This document shows, one piece after another, positions 51,660 to 61,250 of a stretch of DNA of 64,000 nucleotides. A program made the translations under genes and the position numbers. Below the pieces are notes generated by a model. The model saw only the letters and a program-made list of their open reading frames with translations. It had not been told where the DNA came from and searched no databases. Source of the DNA: Desulfomicrobium sp. (lineage in GTDB: Bacteria; Desulfobacterota; Desulfovibrionia; Desulfovibrionales; Desulfomicrobiaceae); contig JAXGMI010000001.1 in the NCBI GenBank assembly GCA_040768745.1, forward strand, positions 224,001 to 288,000, in the 5' to 3' direction. Positions within the stretch are counted from its first letter, which is position 1. Each line of letters begins with the position of its first letter.

Positions 51660-53930
51660 TCACTCAGACCACCCACGTCTTGCGCGGATTGCCTCACCGA
51701 TAATGGCGGCCTGTGTTTTCGCACCTGGGCCGCCGAACTGAAAGAGTCCGTCGGCGGTCTCGCAAATGAGAAGGCTTTTCTTGAGGCCGATCACCGCGTC
51801 GTTGAAGGCCGCCCTCGTTGCATTCGTTCCCTTTGGGTTCGGATGGTTTTCTTGATGATGTTCCCGCCAGGTTCCCCGGTCGATGCCGATGAACGCGCCG
51901 GAGTCGTCAAGGAAGCCTCTCTCCATGGCGGCTTGGCGGAACCTCTCGAAGCGTTCGCGGTTCACTGGCGTGATGGTCGGAGTCTTCACTTTTTCCTTGG
52001 CCCCCTCGCTGTCCGCCTCTGGGTCTGGGTAGACGACGCAGCTTGTCACCGGATCGCCATCTGCATCTTGGCCAAGTTCGACAACCTCCCGCCGGAAGTG
52101 CTTCACTATGTCGTCGCGTCCGTCTTTCACCTTTCTGGTGTTCCAGGAAAAAAGCAGTTCAGACTTGTTCGCCTCCTCCACTTCAAGGACCATATCCACG
52201 CCCGCAAACATGGAGTAGTGCCCACGGAAGCCCTTGTCCGTGTTCTTGCCGGGATGCCCCACAAAACAAACAGACCCTTCCACGGCCTGGGCAATCCGCG
52301 TTGCACTGGCCAGGATCAGGCCGTAATCGACGGACCCGTTCTCCTCCAGGCCAGGGGCCGCCCGGTTCAGCGTGTCCACGATAACCACCGCGCCGGGCCC
52401 GACCTCTTCAAGGACAAATGCAATCAGGTCGTCCGTGTCTTCCTTTGTCCGTATGTCCATGGGGTCGGGAGAAAACACGACGCCAGGGTAGCGCCGGTTG
52501 TGATATTGCGCCCATGCCTGCACTCGCCGCTTGTATCCGTGCTGCCCTTCCAGGCAGGCATAGACTACCTGCTTTTGCTTGGTGCGGAATCCGAACCACT
52601 CTCGGCCCTCTTGGATGTCCGCCGCCATATCCACCATGAGGAAGCTCTTCCCGACGGCGGAAAGTCCGTACACAATACCCACGCTCCTCTCCGCCATGAT
52701 GTTTTTTATGATCCATTCAACGTCCGACAGGGCCATGAGGTCATCATATCGCAGCGCTTTGCGTTTGGACTTTTTCGCCGCCAGGGCCGCCTCGATGCAC
52801 CGATATACCGCGTCCAGGCCATGAGCCGGAGCGCTGGCCAGGTCGTTGAAGTCCTTGTCGTCGTATTTCCGGTCTGGCCCGAAGTCGGGCACGGCCAAGG
52901 AGCCGTTCACCGCCTGCGCGGCTTCGACCGCCTTCGGGTCCGGTTCGCCCGTGGCCTTCACCAGGTCGGCCAAGATGATGATGCGCGCCCCCGGGTATTG
53001 CGCCCGGATGGCCTTGGCCACGGTCGGCATGTTGGAGTTGGATGAGGTCATGAAGGCGGCCGTATTGTGCCCGCGCAGCGCGGCCAGGGTGGCCAAAGTC
53101 GTGGTCCCGCCTTCACCGACAACTACCATGTCCGGCACTCCCTGGAAGCCGTCCAGCCGTCCATGGGCGCCCGTTTTTGTCCCTCTCCCGGCAAGCGCCG
53201 CCTTGCGCCCGGACTCGTCAACCAATTCCACGGTGCAGGGTCCTGTCCCGTCGAACCTCTCCAGGGGGATGACCAGCACGCGCCCGGCCAGTGGTTCGCC
53301 GTCGGCTTGGGGGGGGTACCCAAGGATGCGCTGCAACTCGGCCGCGTCGATCTCCAACATGGACGGGGCAGGGTATACGCCTTTCCTCACCAGGTATGGA
53401 TGGTCGGGCCGCGCCGGTTGCGCCGTCGCGATGATGGCCGCCGACCACGCCCGCGCCTGGGCCTGGACGCGCTCGGCCTCTTCTGCGTTCTTCCTGGCCG
53501 CCTCTTCCCTGGACCGCCGCCTGACCTCCACTTCCTCGGGGCTCATCTCCCGCGCCGGCACTGTGTCGGACCAGCCGTATTCCTGGGCCAACTTGAAGAG
53601 CGTTCCAGCCGTGATGCCGCGGCCCTGGCCAAAAGATCGCCACGTTTCCCGCGCCGATGATTCGCGGTAACTCGAACCTGACCGGCTCCAGTCGTCCCAG
53701 ATGGCAAAGCCGTCCTCGCCAAGTTCGTTCTGGATGGCCTGCCCAATGCGCACCCATGTATCCCGGTCGCAATCCGGGTCCAGCACGGCCAGGGCGCTTT
53801 CGATCCTGGGGCGCTGGTCAAGTTCGCGTTGCGCCGCCGGGAGCGGTCGCCGCTGTTCGCCAGCGTTGTTGAGGTCAATCACGGCCGCACCCTCGCAACT
53901 TCTGTTGACAACCACCGCAGGACGTGGCAT
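51660..53930 (-). CDS. Primase-helicase (PriCT-2 + Toprim + AAA_25); start uncertain
   Basis: WVRIG.A....WDDWS...W.SF...GTLF; HPYL.RKG; GEG..T; D..DFND; GLSAVGKS; VDTLNR. Confidence 0.88.
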   Translation of the reverse strand: MPRPAVVVNRSCEGAAVIDLNNAGEQRRPLPAAQRELDQRPRIESALAVLDPDCDRDTWVRIGQAIQNELGEDGFAIWDDWSRSGSSYRESSARETWRSFGQGRGITAGTLFKLAQEYGWSDTVPAREMSPEEVEVRRRSREEAARKNAEEAERVQAQARAWSAAIIATAQPARPDHPYLVRKGVYPAPSMLEIDAAELQRILGYPPQADGEPLAGRVLVIPLERFDGTGPCTVELVDESGRKAALAGRGTKTGAHGRLDGFQGVPDMVVVGEGGTTTLATLAALRGHNTAAFMTSSNSNMPTVAKAIRAQYPGARIIILADLVKATGEPDPKAVEAAQAVNGSLAVPDFGPDRKYDDKDFNDLASAPAHGLDAVYRCIEAALAAKKSKRKALRYDDLMALSDVEWIIKNIMAERSVGIVYGLSAVGKSFLMVDMAADIQEGREWFGFRTKQKQVVYACLEGQHGYKRRVQAWAQYHNRRYPGVVFSPDPMDIRTKEDTDDLIAFVLEEVGPGAVVIVDTLNRAAPGLEENGSVDYGLILASATRIAQAVEGSVCFVGHPGKNTDKGFRGHYSMFAGVDMVLEVEEANKSELLFSWNTRKVKDGRDDIVKHFRREVVELGQDADGDPVTSCVVYPDPEADSEGAKEKVKTPTITPVNRERFERFRQAAMERGFLDDSGAFIGIDRGTWREHHQENHPNPKGTNATRAAFNDAVIGLKKSLLICETADGLFQFGGPGAKTQAAIIGEAIRARRGWSE

Positions 53931-54043
53931 GGAGACGTTGCCCTCCTTCCAGGGGCAAAACTCCTTGTTTGGTTGCCTTTCATCCTTCTTTGAGCCCCCG
54001 GCGTGCGATGCCTCGGGGGTTTCTCTTTTTTTGTGGTCATGGC

Positions 54044-54505
54044 TCATACCTCGCGATGGGCAAACAGCACCCACTTTCCGCCGACCATTATTTCGACCTT
54101 GGAGAAGTGCTCCACGCTGATCGGCGCATAGCTGCACCACCAGTTCCTGTGGCTCGCACCAAGGTCTTGAGCCACTTTTTCAAGTGCCCGCGCCCAAGCA
54201 GGGGTGACGCCGCCTTTTTGGCGATGTTTCTTCCACGGCACTAGACGGACATCTCCTCGTTCCAGTGCAGCCGGATTTAAGCAAAAATGCACTGGCTGAT
54301 ACGCGCTTTCTTCCAGTTCCTGCACGGTCGCCTTGGGATACGCGGTCCACTCAAGATTGGGGTCAGAGGATAGCCATAGGGCTGGACGCTCGCCCAACGG
54401 CACGCCTATTGTGGCAAGTCGGAGTTCACCAGAGTCGAAGATAGACTGTAGGTGTCCGGCCTTGCTGTAGTGCCAGAGAGTATCTGGCGATGTTGGCTTT
54501 TTCAT
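54044..54505 (-). CDS. ART-fold-like hypothetical protein
   Basis: LWHYS...L.SI..SG.L...PALWLS...E.TA. Confidence 0.5.
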   Translation of the reverse strand: MKKPTSPDTLWHYSKAGHLQSIFDSGELRLATIGVPLGERPALWLSSDPNLEWTAYPKATVQELEESAYQPVHFCLNPAALERGDVRLVPWKKHRQKGGVTPAWARALEKVAQDLGASHRNWWCSYAPISVEHFSKVEIMVGGKWVLFAHREV

Positions 54506-54518
54506 GGCTGCACCCGCC

Positions 54519-54752
54519 TCACGCCCGACTTTCGGCGTCGAGACGATCAATCAAAGAGTAAATCTCGGACAGTTTCCACGCGGTCGTCCGCGGGCTCAAT
54601 TTGATGCCACGCGGGTAGCGTCCGTCACGCACGCCGTCCCACCAAGTGGACTTTTTTACGGGGATGATCTTCAAGACTTCGGGGAGACGCACAAGGCGGT
54701 CTTGCTGGACGGGGGCCTGGATCTGTTCGGCCTGGGTCTTTTTCGCTTCCAT
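54519..54752 (-). CDS. alpA: AlpA-family regulator/excisionase
   Basis: RLVRLPEVL..IPVKKSTWW.GV..GRYP..IKLSPRTTAW..SEI. Confidence 0.92.
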   Translation of the reverse strand: MEAKKTQAEQIQAPVQQDRLVRLPEVLKIIPVKKSTWWDGVRDGRYPRGIKLSPRTTAWKLSEIYSLIDRLDAESRA

Positions 54753-54886
54753 GGTTCACCTCGGAAAGTAAAATGGACGTCCGGGCCAGGATTAGCCGCG
54801 AACGTCCATTGAAAACGAAAAAAAACGCGCTGTTTCAAAGATATTCGGAAGTTATTTTTTGCTCGAATATCTTTTGCCTTTTATTC

Positions 54887-55624
54887 CTATGTGTTATCCT
54901 CTAAAAGAATTTTTTGAACCTGCTTGAACGCCTTGCAAGCATCGTCCCTGGAAACATCTTCGCCAGTCGCCACCGACATGGTTATTGCCAGCACATTAAA
55001 AAAACCATCCGTCCATTGTGGAATGGAGAATCCGCGGGTGCTCATAGCGAACAGGACGCCGCGCAGGGCCTCCCACTTCCTGGACGCCTTCCTAGAGGCC
55101 TTGGCCGCGTAGGTCGGGATAGCCGCCTCACGGGCAAGCGTGCGATGCTGAACCACTTGGCGCAGGATGCCCTGCAACGCCTCGGCGCCCTCGAACTGCC
55201 CGTCGATAGCCGGGTCCAGGTTGACTTCCCGGAGTAGGGCCTCCAGCCGCGTGGCCGTCTCGCTCACCTCGGAAATAAGATTCTCCCGGTAGTCCACGGC
55301 ATGCTGTTCGGCGTCAAAGTCCCTACAGGCGCGCACCACGTCCTCGACGAACGCCCAAATGGGCGTGTTGAGCAGGTTATCCACCTTGGCGAAGTGCTCA
55401 AAAACGCTTTGCATCCTGGGGTCCGTCCCGATGCGATGGACAACCGCCGCCCTGTGGGTCAGCGCCTCCAAGGATCTGTTTTCGGCGTCAACGCGTCGAT
55501 GCGCCCCGGCCTCACGCGCCTGGGCCATACGTCGCAGGCACGCCGCGCGCTCATCCTCGATGGCGGTCCGCTCACGCTCCAGGACGCCACGCACATAGGA
55601 GTCAACATATTCGGGGAGGTTCAC
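54887..55624 (-). CDS. Hypothetical helical satellite protein
   Basis: 245-aa ORF between int and alpA. Confidence 0.6.
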   Translation of the reverse strand: MNLPEYVDSYVRGVLERERTAIEDERAACLRRMAQAREAGAHRRVDAENRSLEALTHRAAVVHRIGTDPRMQSVFEHFAKVDNLLNTPIWAFVEDVVRACRDFDAEQHAVDYRENLISEVSETATRLEALLREVNLDPAIDGQFEGAEALQGILRQVVQHRTLAREAAIPTYAAKASRKASRKWEALRGVLFAMSTRGFSIPQWTDGFFNVLAITMSVATGEDVSRDDACKAFKQVQKILLEDNT

Positions 55625-55686
55625 GGTTCACCTGCTGGCGAAGATCCAGGACCGGACAGTGCGCCCGGCCCTGAAGGTGGAAGGGA

Positions 55687-55929
55687 CTACTTGCTCGTCG
55701 CCATGGCCACGGCCTCAATGGCCGCGATGCGGTCGGCAATTTCGCGCGTGGCCTCGTCAAGTATCCGCGCCGCCGTCTCGCGCTCATCGCGGTTCAGTTC
55801 GGTCTCGCGGATGAGCTTTGCCACGAGTTGGGCCTTCATGGATGCCTCGCCGATTGCGCCCAATTCGCGTTCAATACGGTCGTACAGATTGCCTTCGGTC
55901 GCCTGGGTCTGTAGTTCTGTCGTAGCCAT
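55687..55929 (-). CDS. Small coiled-coil hypothetical protein
   Basis: GGAGGT SD; 80 aa. Confidence 0.6.
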   Translation of the reverse strand: MATTELQTQATEGNLYDRIERELGAIGEASMKAQLVAKLIRETELNRDERETAARILDEATREIADRIAAIEAVAMATSK

Positions 55930-56031
55930 TTGATACCTCCAGTGTATCATGGGGTTAGGCCGGCGGGGAGTGCCAGCTCCTCGCTTGGCCGAATTTCGGC
56001 TTTGCCCACCATGGGCATGAGCCGAGAAGAT

Positions 56032-57234
56032 TTATTTCTCTCCAGCAACGAGGTGCAAGGGGATGACCTTCGCCCCGTCCCTCAGTTTGTCGAGAAAGTC
56101 GGCCCACGCCTGCATCATCTTCCTGCGCTCGGGCAGGTACTGCGCGAAGTTGTAGGCCGCCCGTACTCCGTCCCGTTCCGCGTGCGCGAGCTGCCGCTCG
56201 ATGGCGTCACGATTCCACCCCTGCTCGTTCAAAAGCGTGCTGGCCATGGATCTGAACCCGTGGGCGCACTGCTGTTGCCGCGTGTCGTATCCCAGATAGC
56301 GCAGTGCCGCGTTGATCGTATTTTCCGACATGGGCCGGGCCGACACCCTGCCTGGGAACAGGTATTTGCCGCCGCCGGTCAGGGGGCGCAGATCCTCGAT
56401 GATGGCAATGGCCTGCTTCGCCAATGGCACGATGTGCTGCACCTTCATCTTCATCTTCTCGGCCGGTATCCGCCATTCCCTGCCCTTGATGTCGACTTCC
56501 GCCCATTCCGCGTGGCGCAGTTCGCCAGGTCGAACGAACAGGAGCGGAGACAGTCGCAGCGCACACCGGACCACATGAGAGCCCTGGTAGCCCTCGATGG
56601 CCCGGAGAAGTTGCGCGATGTCTTTGGGATCTGTCAGACTGGCGTGATGCTTGTGGCGCACTGGTGTGAGAGCACCTTTCAGGTCGGCGGAGTTGTCCCG
56701 CTCGGCCCTGCCGGTCGCCACGGCGTAGCGGAACACCTGGCCAATGACTTGGTGCATCCTGTGGGCAAGGTCGGTTGCACCCCTGTTCTCCATGATCCTG
56801 AGAACGCGCAGGATGTCTTGCGGCTGGATGGAGTTGATGGGCTTGTCACCGAGAAAGGGGAAGATGTCTTTTTCAAGACGGCGAAGGATCTTCGCGCGGT
56901 GGACTTCGCCCCACTTCACTTGATGCTTTTCATGCCACTCACGGGCCAGGGGCTCGAAAGCATCGCCGGTGGGCGTGTCCAGTTCAGCACGGGGGTGAAT
57001 GCCCTGGGCAACGAGCTTGTTGTACTCCAAGCAGGTCGCGCGGGCGTCGGCCAGGGAAATTTCGGGGTAGGGGCCGATGGAGAGCAGGATGGTTTTGCCC
57101 TTCATCATTTTGCGATAGCGCCAGAGCTTTGAGCCGTTCTTCTTGACCGCGAGATATAGCCCGTTGTGGTCAACGATGAGTAGGTCTTTTTCCTTCGCCC
57201 TGGCGTTCCTGATCTTGGTATCAGTCAACGGCAT
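56032..57234 (-). CDS. P4-like tyrosine integrase
   Basis: PLTDTKIRNA...GLYL..IGPYPEISL; RPGEL; HGFR; QLAH; AY. Confidence 0.95.
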   Translation of the reverse strand: MPLTDTKIRNARAKEKDLLIVDHNGLYLAVKKNGSKLWRYRKMMKGKTILLSIGPYPEISLADARATCLEYNKLVAQGIHPRAELDTPTGDAFEPLAREWHEKHQVKWGEVHRAKILRRLEKDIFPFLGDKPINSIQPQDILRVLRIMENRGATDLAHRMHQVIGQVFRYAVATGRAERDNSADLKGALTPVRHKHHASLTDPKDIAQLLRAIEGYQGSHVVRCALRLSPLLFVRPGELRHAEWAEVDIKGREWRIPAEKMKMKVQHIVPLAKQAIAIIEDLRPLTGGGKYLFPGRVSARPMSENTINAALRYLGYDTRQQQCAHGFRSMASTLLNEQGWNRDAIERQLAHAERDGVRAAYNFAQYLPERRKMMQAWADFLDKLRDGAKVIPLHLVAGEK

Positions 57235-57473
57235 CTTGCATACGCTCCGTGGCTCAAAATGATTCACGGGAAGGCCCGTCACTTCTGGATTTCGGAGATT
57301 TCTTGCATACGAAACACGTCGTCCGCGCCCCGTATACAAGCCGGGTATGCAAAAAATAGATGGATGTCAAAGGACCAAACGGGCAAAAGGGACTTCCTCG
57401 GACTATGCGCCCTCAGACTATCCCTTGATTTTATTGCCCTTTTTTACAGAATGGATTCTGTTGGACTTTTGTA

Positions 57474-57560
57474 TGGTGCCGGAGGCGAGACTCGAACTCG
57501 CAAGGGGTTGCCCCCGGTGGATTTTGAGTCCACTGCGTCTACCAATTCCACCACTCCGGC
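57474..57560 (-). tRNA. tRNA-Leu(CAA)
   Basis: Cloverleaf; anticodon loop CTCAAAA; long variable arm; CCA end. Confidence 0.95.
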
Positions 57561-57717
57561 GTGAGGAGTCGCTTGTATGGAACCGTGCCGGCAAAGTCAA
57601 TGGGAATCTGGCCCGGCGGAGGCCCCCGCGGCGCAGGACCGCGCGATCCCGCTTTGACCCCTGCGCGGACTTGTGGCACGACATCCCGGCACACGAACCA
57701 CAGCCCCGGGAGTCGTC

Positions 57718-57927
57718 ATGCTCAACGAAAAATTCCTGAACGAATTCGAAGAATACCTTACCTCCGGCCAACTGGAGGAGGATTACGGCTATTCGGCCGA
57801 GGACCGTAAGGTGGAGATCCTGGAATACCTCGAGCGCTTCATGGACCTCGCCGAGGAGGTGGACAAGGTCGCCACCCGGCTACTCATGCCCCACCTCGCC
57901 GAGACCTTTCCCGCCAAGGACAAATAG
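57718..57927 (+). CDS. Small acidic hypothetical protein
   Basis: 69 aa, host-like codon usage, GGAG SD. Confidence 0.7.
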   Translation: MLNEKFLNEFEEYLTSGQLEEDYGYSAEDRKVEILEYLERFMDLAEEVDKVATRLLMPHLAETFPAKDK

Positions 57928-58545
57928 CCACAAGAAGCGTTTCCTGCCCGCCACGGCATAGTCCCGGGCCAGCTCGAGGCCATAGCCGTCCACCTCTCCG
58001 GCGGGCAGGGCCTCGTTGCTCATGACCAGCACCCTCCCGCCGGGACCCAGGAGCCCCCGCACCTCCTCCAGCAGGGCACGCCAGGGCTTGAACGCCCTGC
58101 TGACAATGAGGTCGGCCCGCCGCCTGGCCGGGGGCAGGGCCTCCATGCGGCAGCACAGCACCCTGGTCCGGGGCAGCTTCATGACCATCACCGCCTGTTC
58201 CATGAAAATGGCCCGCTTCTGGCGGGGCTCCACCAGGAAGTAGTCGCCCGACCTCCAGAAGACCCGCAGGGGGATGCCGGGCAGGCCCGCTCCGGCCCCC
58301 AGGTCCAGCGTCTCGCCGGGCTGGGCGGGCAAGCCGGCCAGCAGGTCGGCCAGATGCCAGGAGTCCTGGACCAGGGTCTCCAGCATCTGCTGCCAGGAGG
58401 TCGGCCCCACCAGGTTCATGCGGGCGTTCCACTTGACCAGGAGCCCCAGGTAGGCGCTCAGCAGCCCTGCCTCGTCGGCTGCGAGGACCCGGCCGAGGTT
58501 GCGGGCCAGCAGGGAGACCGCGGCCGCTGTGGGGGAGTGGTTCAT
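57880..58545 (-). CDS. rsmG: 16S rRNA m7G527 methyltransferase RsmG
   Basis: KWNARMNLV, DLGAGAGLPGIPL, VSRAF. Confidence 0.9.
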   Translation of the reverse strand: MNHSPTAAAVSLLARNLGRVLAADEAGLLSAYLGLLVKWNARMNLVGPTSWQQMLETLVQDSWHLADLLAGLPAQPGETLDLGAGAGLPGIPLRVFWRSGDYFLVEPRQKRAIFMEQAVMVMKLPRTRVLCCRMEALPPARRRADLIVSRAFKPWRALLEEVRGLLGPGGRVLVMSNEALPAGEVDGYGLELARDYAVAGRKRFLWLFVLGGKGLGEVGHE

Positions 58546-58630
58546 GAGAGTTCCTTGGGGCGGGTGATTACCCCTTTACCTGCACCGGTGCTGCGGATAC
58601 AAGCAGCGCAGTCTGTTGATCGGAGGATTC

Positions 58631-59572
58631 ATGCACGACGACCTGAGCATCATCTTTCCCGGCCAGGGTTCCCAGGAACCCGGCATGGGGCGCGACCTGG
58701 CCGAGCACTGGCCCGGGGCCATGGAGCTGTGGAAGAAAGCCGAACGCCTGAGCGGCCTTCCGCTTCGGGAGATATACTGGGACGGGGACGAAAAGGCCAT
58801 GGCCGCGACCCGGAATCTGCAGCCGGCCCTGACCGTTGTCAACATGGGCCTGTGGGGCTTCCTGAACGCGCAGCTGCGGCCCGCCGGCGTGGCCGGTCAC
58901 AGCCTGGGGGAATTCGCGGCCCTCTGCGCGGCCGCGGTCCTGTCCGTGGACCAGACCCTGGAACTCGTCTGCCTGCGCGGCAGGCTGATGGACGAGGCCG
59001 CCAGCCAGGACGGCCGCATGGCCGCCATCCTCAAGCTCGAGCAGGGGCAGGTGGAAAGCCTGATCGCGACGGCGGCAGACCAGACCGGGCAGGCCATCCG
59101 CATCGCCAATTTCAACACCCCGGCCCAGTTCGTCGTCAGTGGCCACGCCCAGGCCGTGGACCACGTCTGCGCGGGGGTCAAGCCCCTGAAGGGCCGGGCC
59201 GTGGTCCTGCCGGTCAGCAACGCGTTCCATTCCCCCTCCATGAACGAGGCCGGGGCCGAGCTGGCCCGATACATGGACAGGATGGATTGGCGGGACCCCC
59301 GGATCCCGGTCTACCTGAACGTCACGGCCCGGCCGGAACCGTCCGGCCCGGCCATGCGGGACATCATGAAACAGCAGATGACCTCCTCGGTGCACTGGAT
59401 CCAGACCATCCAGAACCAGTTCGCCGACGGGATGCGCACCTTCCTGGAACTCGGCCCCAGGGGCGTCCTGTCGCGCATGGTCGGCCAGATCCTGGGGGAC
59501 CGGGACGGGGTGCGGGTCGCCTCCGTCGGCACCCTGGAGCAGGCGGCCAAGGTGGAGGAACTCCTGTCATGA
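58631..59572 (+). CDS. fabD: ACP S-malonyltransferase
   Basis: FPGQGSQ, GHSLGE, SNAFHS, ELGP. Confidence 0.95.
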   Translation: MHDDLSIIFPGQGSQEPGMGRDLAEHWPGAMELWKKAERLSGLPLREIYWDGDEKAMAATRNLQPALTVVNMGLWGFLNAQLRPAGVAGHSLGEFAALCAAAVLSVDQTLELVCLRGRLMDEAASQDGRMAAILKLEQGQVESLIATAADQTGQAIRIANFNTPAQFVVSGHAQAVDHVCAGVKPLKGRAVVLPVSNAFHSPSMNEAGAELARYMDRMDWRDPRIPVYLNVTARPEPSGPAMRDIMKQQMTSSVHWIQTIQNQFADGMRTFLELGPRGVLSRMVGQILGDRDGVRVASVGTLEQAAKVEELLS

Positions 59573-61224
59573 AAGCCAGAACCTTCGTTCTCGAAAAGCT
59601 GGGCGCCCTGCTGGCGTCCAGGGGGCTGGAGCTCCCGGCCAAGACCACCGTCGAGACCCCCAAAAGTGGGCAGCACGGGGACATGGCCACCAACATCGCC
59701 CTGGTCCTGCCCCGGGAGAAGGGGCAGAACCCCCGGGCCGTGGCCGAGGAGATCAGGACCGGACTCGCGGCCATGTGCCCCGAGGTGGAGCGCATCGAAA
59801 TCGCCGGCCCGGGCTTCATCAACTTCACCTTCACCCCTGCCTTCTGGCAATCCGTGGCCCTGGAGGCCCTGGCCCAGGGGCCCGACTTCGGCCGGGTCGA
59901 TGTCGGCAAGGGACGCCGGGTGCAGGTCGAGTACGTCTCGGCCAACCCCACCGGACCCCTGCACATCGGCCATGGCCGCGGCGCGGCCGTGGGCGACAGC
60001 CTGACCCGCATCCTGCGCTTCACCGGCCACGAGGTGGAGACCGAGTACTACCTGAACGACGCCGGCCGGCAGATGCGCCTGCTGGGCCTGGCCGTGTGGG
60101 TCCGCTACCAGCAGGCCTGCGGCCTGGACATCCCCTTTCCCGAGGACTGCTACCGGGGCGAGTACATCAAGGACATCTCCGCCGCCCTGCTGGCCGAGCG
60201 GGGCAGGACCCTCCTGGACCTGCCCGAGGACGAGGCCCTGGACCTCTGCTACGAGCGGGGCATGCGGGACATCCTGGGCGGGATCCAGGAGGACCTCCGG
60301 AATTTCCGGGTCGAACACCAGCACTGGTTCTCGGAAAAGAGCCTGGTGGACGGCGGGCAGGTGACCGCCACCCTGAACCGCCTGCTGGACCAGGGCCGGG
60401 CCTACGAGAAGGACGGGGCCCTGTGGTTCAGGTCCACGGACTACGGCGACGACAAGGACCGGGTCCTGCGCAAGTCAGACGGCCTGCTGACCTATTTCGC
60501 CTCGGACATCGCCTACCACGACAACAAGATCGCCCGCGGCTTCGACATGATGGTGGACATCTGGGGCGCGGACCATCACGGCTACGTGCCGCGCATGAAG
60601 GCGGCCATGGAGGCCCTGGGCAAGGACCGCGAGTCCCTGCAGGTCATCCTGGTCCAGCTCGTGAACCTGATCCAGGGCGGGGAGCAGATCGCCATGTCCA
60701 CCCGGGCCGGCAAGTTCGAGACCCTGGCCGACGTCTGCGCCGAGGTCGGGGTGGATGCGGCCCGCTTCATCTTCCTGTCCCGCAAGAGCGACGCCCACCT
60801 GGATTTCGACCTGGACGCGGTCAAGCAGCAGTCCATGGAAAACCCTGTCTACTACGTGCAGTACGCCCACGCCCGCATCTGCTCCCTGATGCGCAAGGCC
60901 CGGGAGCAGGGCGTCAGCCTGCCCGCCCCGGGCATGGGCCTCATGGCCCTCCTGAACACGCCCGAGGACAAGGCCCTGTGCACGTGCCTGGACGCATTCG
61001 CCGACACGGTGGAGCTGGCCACGCGGACCCTTTCGCCGCACCATGTCAGCTACTACCTGCAGGAACTGGCCGGCCTCCTGCACCGCTACTACACGGTGCA
61101 CCACATCCTGTCCGGGGAAAACCAGGACCTGCTGCTGGCCCGCATCCTGCTCTTCTCGGCCGTGGCCGGGGTGCTCAGAACGGGCCTCGACCTCCTGGGA
61201 GTCGCCGCCCCCGAGCGCATGTAA
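59569..61224 (+). CDS. argS: Arginine--tRNA ligase
   Basis: SANPTGPLHIGH, GADHHGY, MSTRAG, YVQYAHAR. Confidence 0.97.
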   Translation: MKARTFVLEKLGALLASRGLELPAKTTVETPKSGQHGDMATNIALVLPREKGQNPRAVAEEIRTGLAAMCPEVERIEIAGPGFINFTFTPAFWQSVALEALAQGPDFGRVDVGKGRRVQVEYVSANPTGPLHIGHGRGAAVGDSLTRILRFTGHEVETEYYLNDAGRQMRLLGLAVWVRYQQACGLDIPFPEDCYRGEYIKDISAALLAERGRTLLDLPEDEALDLCYERGMRDILGGIQEDLRNFRVEHQHWFSEKSLVDGGQVTATLNRLLDQGRAYEKDGALWFRSTDYGDDKDRVLRKSDGLLTYFASDIAYHDNKIARGFDMMVDIWGADHHGYVPRMKAAMEALGKDRESLQVILVQLVNLIQGGEQIAMSTRAGKFETLADVCAEVGVDAARFIFLSRKSDAHLDFDLDAVKQQSMENPVYYVQYAHARICSLMRKAREQGVSLPAPGMGLMALLNTPEDKALCTCLDAFADTVELATRTLSPHHVSYYLQELAGLLHRYYTVHHILSGENQDLLLARILLFSAVAGVLRTGLDLLGVAAPERM

Positions 61225-61250
61225 CCCCTTCGTACGGGACGCGTGAAGCC

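Larger units (their letters stand above)
45880..57497 (-). mobile_element. Phage satellite (PICI/P4-like) integrated in tRNA-Leu(CAA), with a capsid module
   Basis: 17-bp att repeat GGAGGCGAGACTCGAAC at 45880-45896 and 57481-57497; int-alpA-primase-protease-capsid gene set. Confidence 0.9.

Noticed and set aside
45880..57497. Complete prophage or canonical cf-PICI
   Set aside because: No recognisable tail, lysis, portal, terminase or head-tail connector genes lie between the two att sites.
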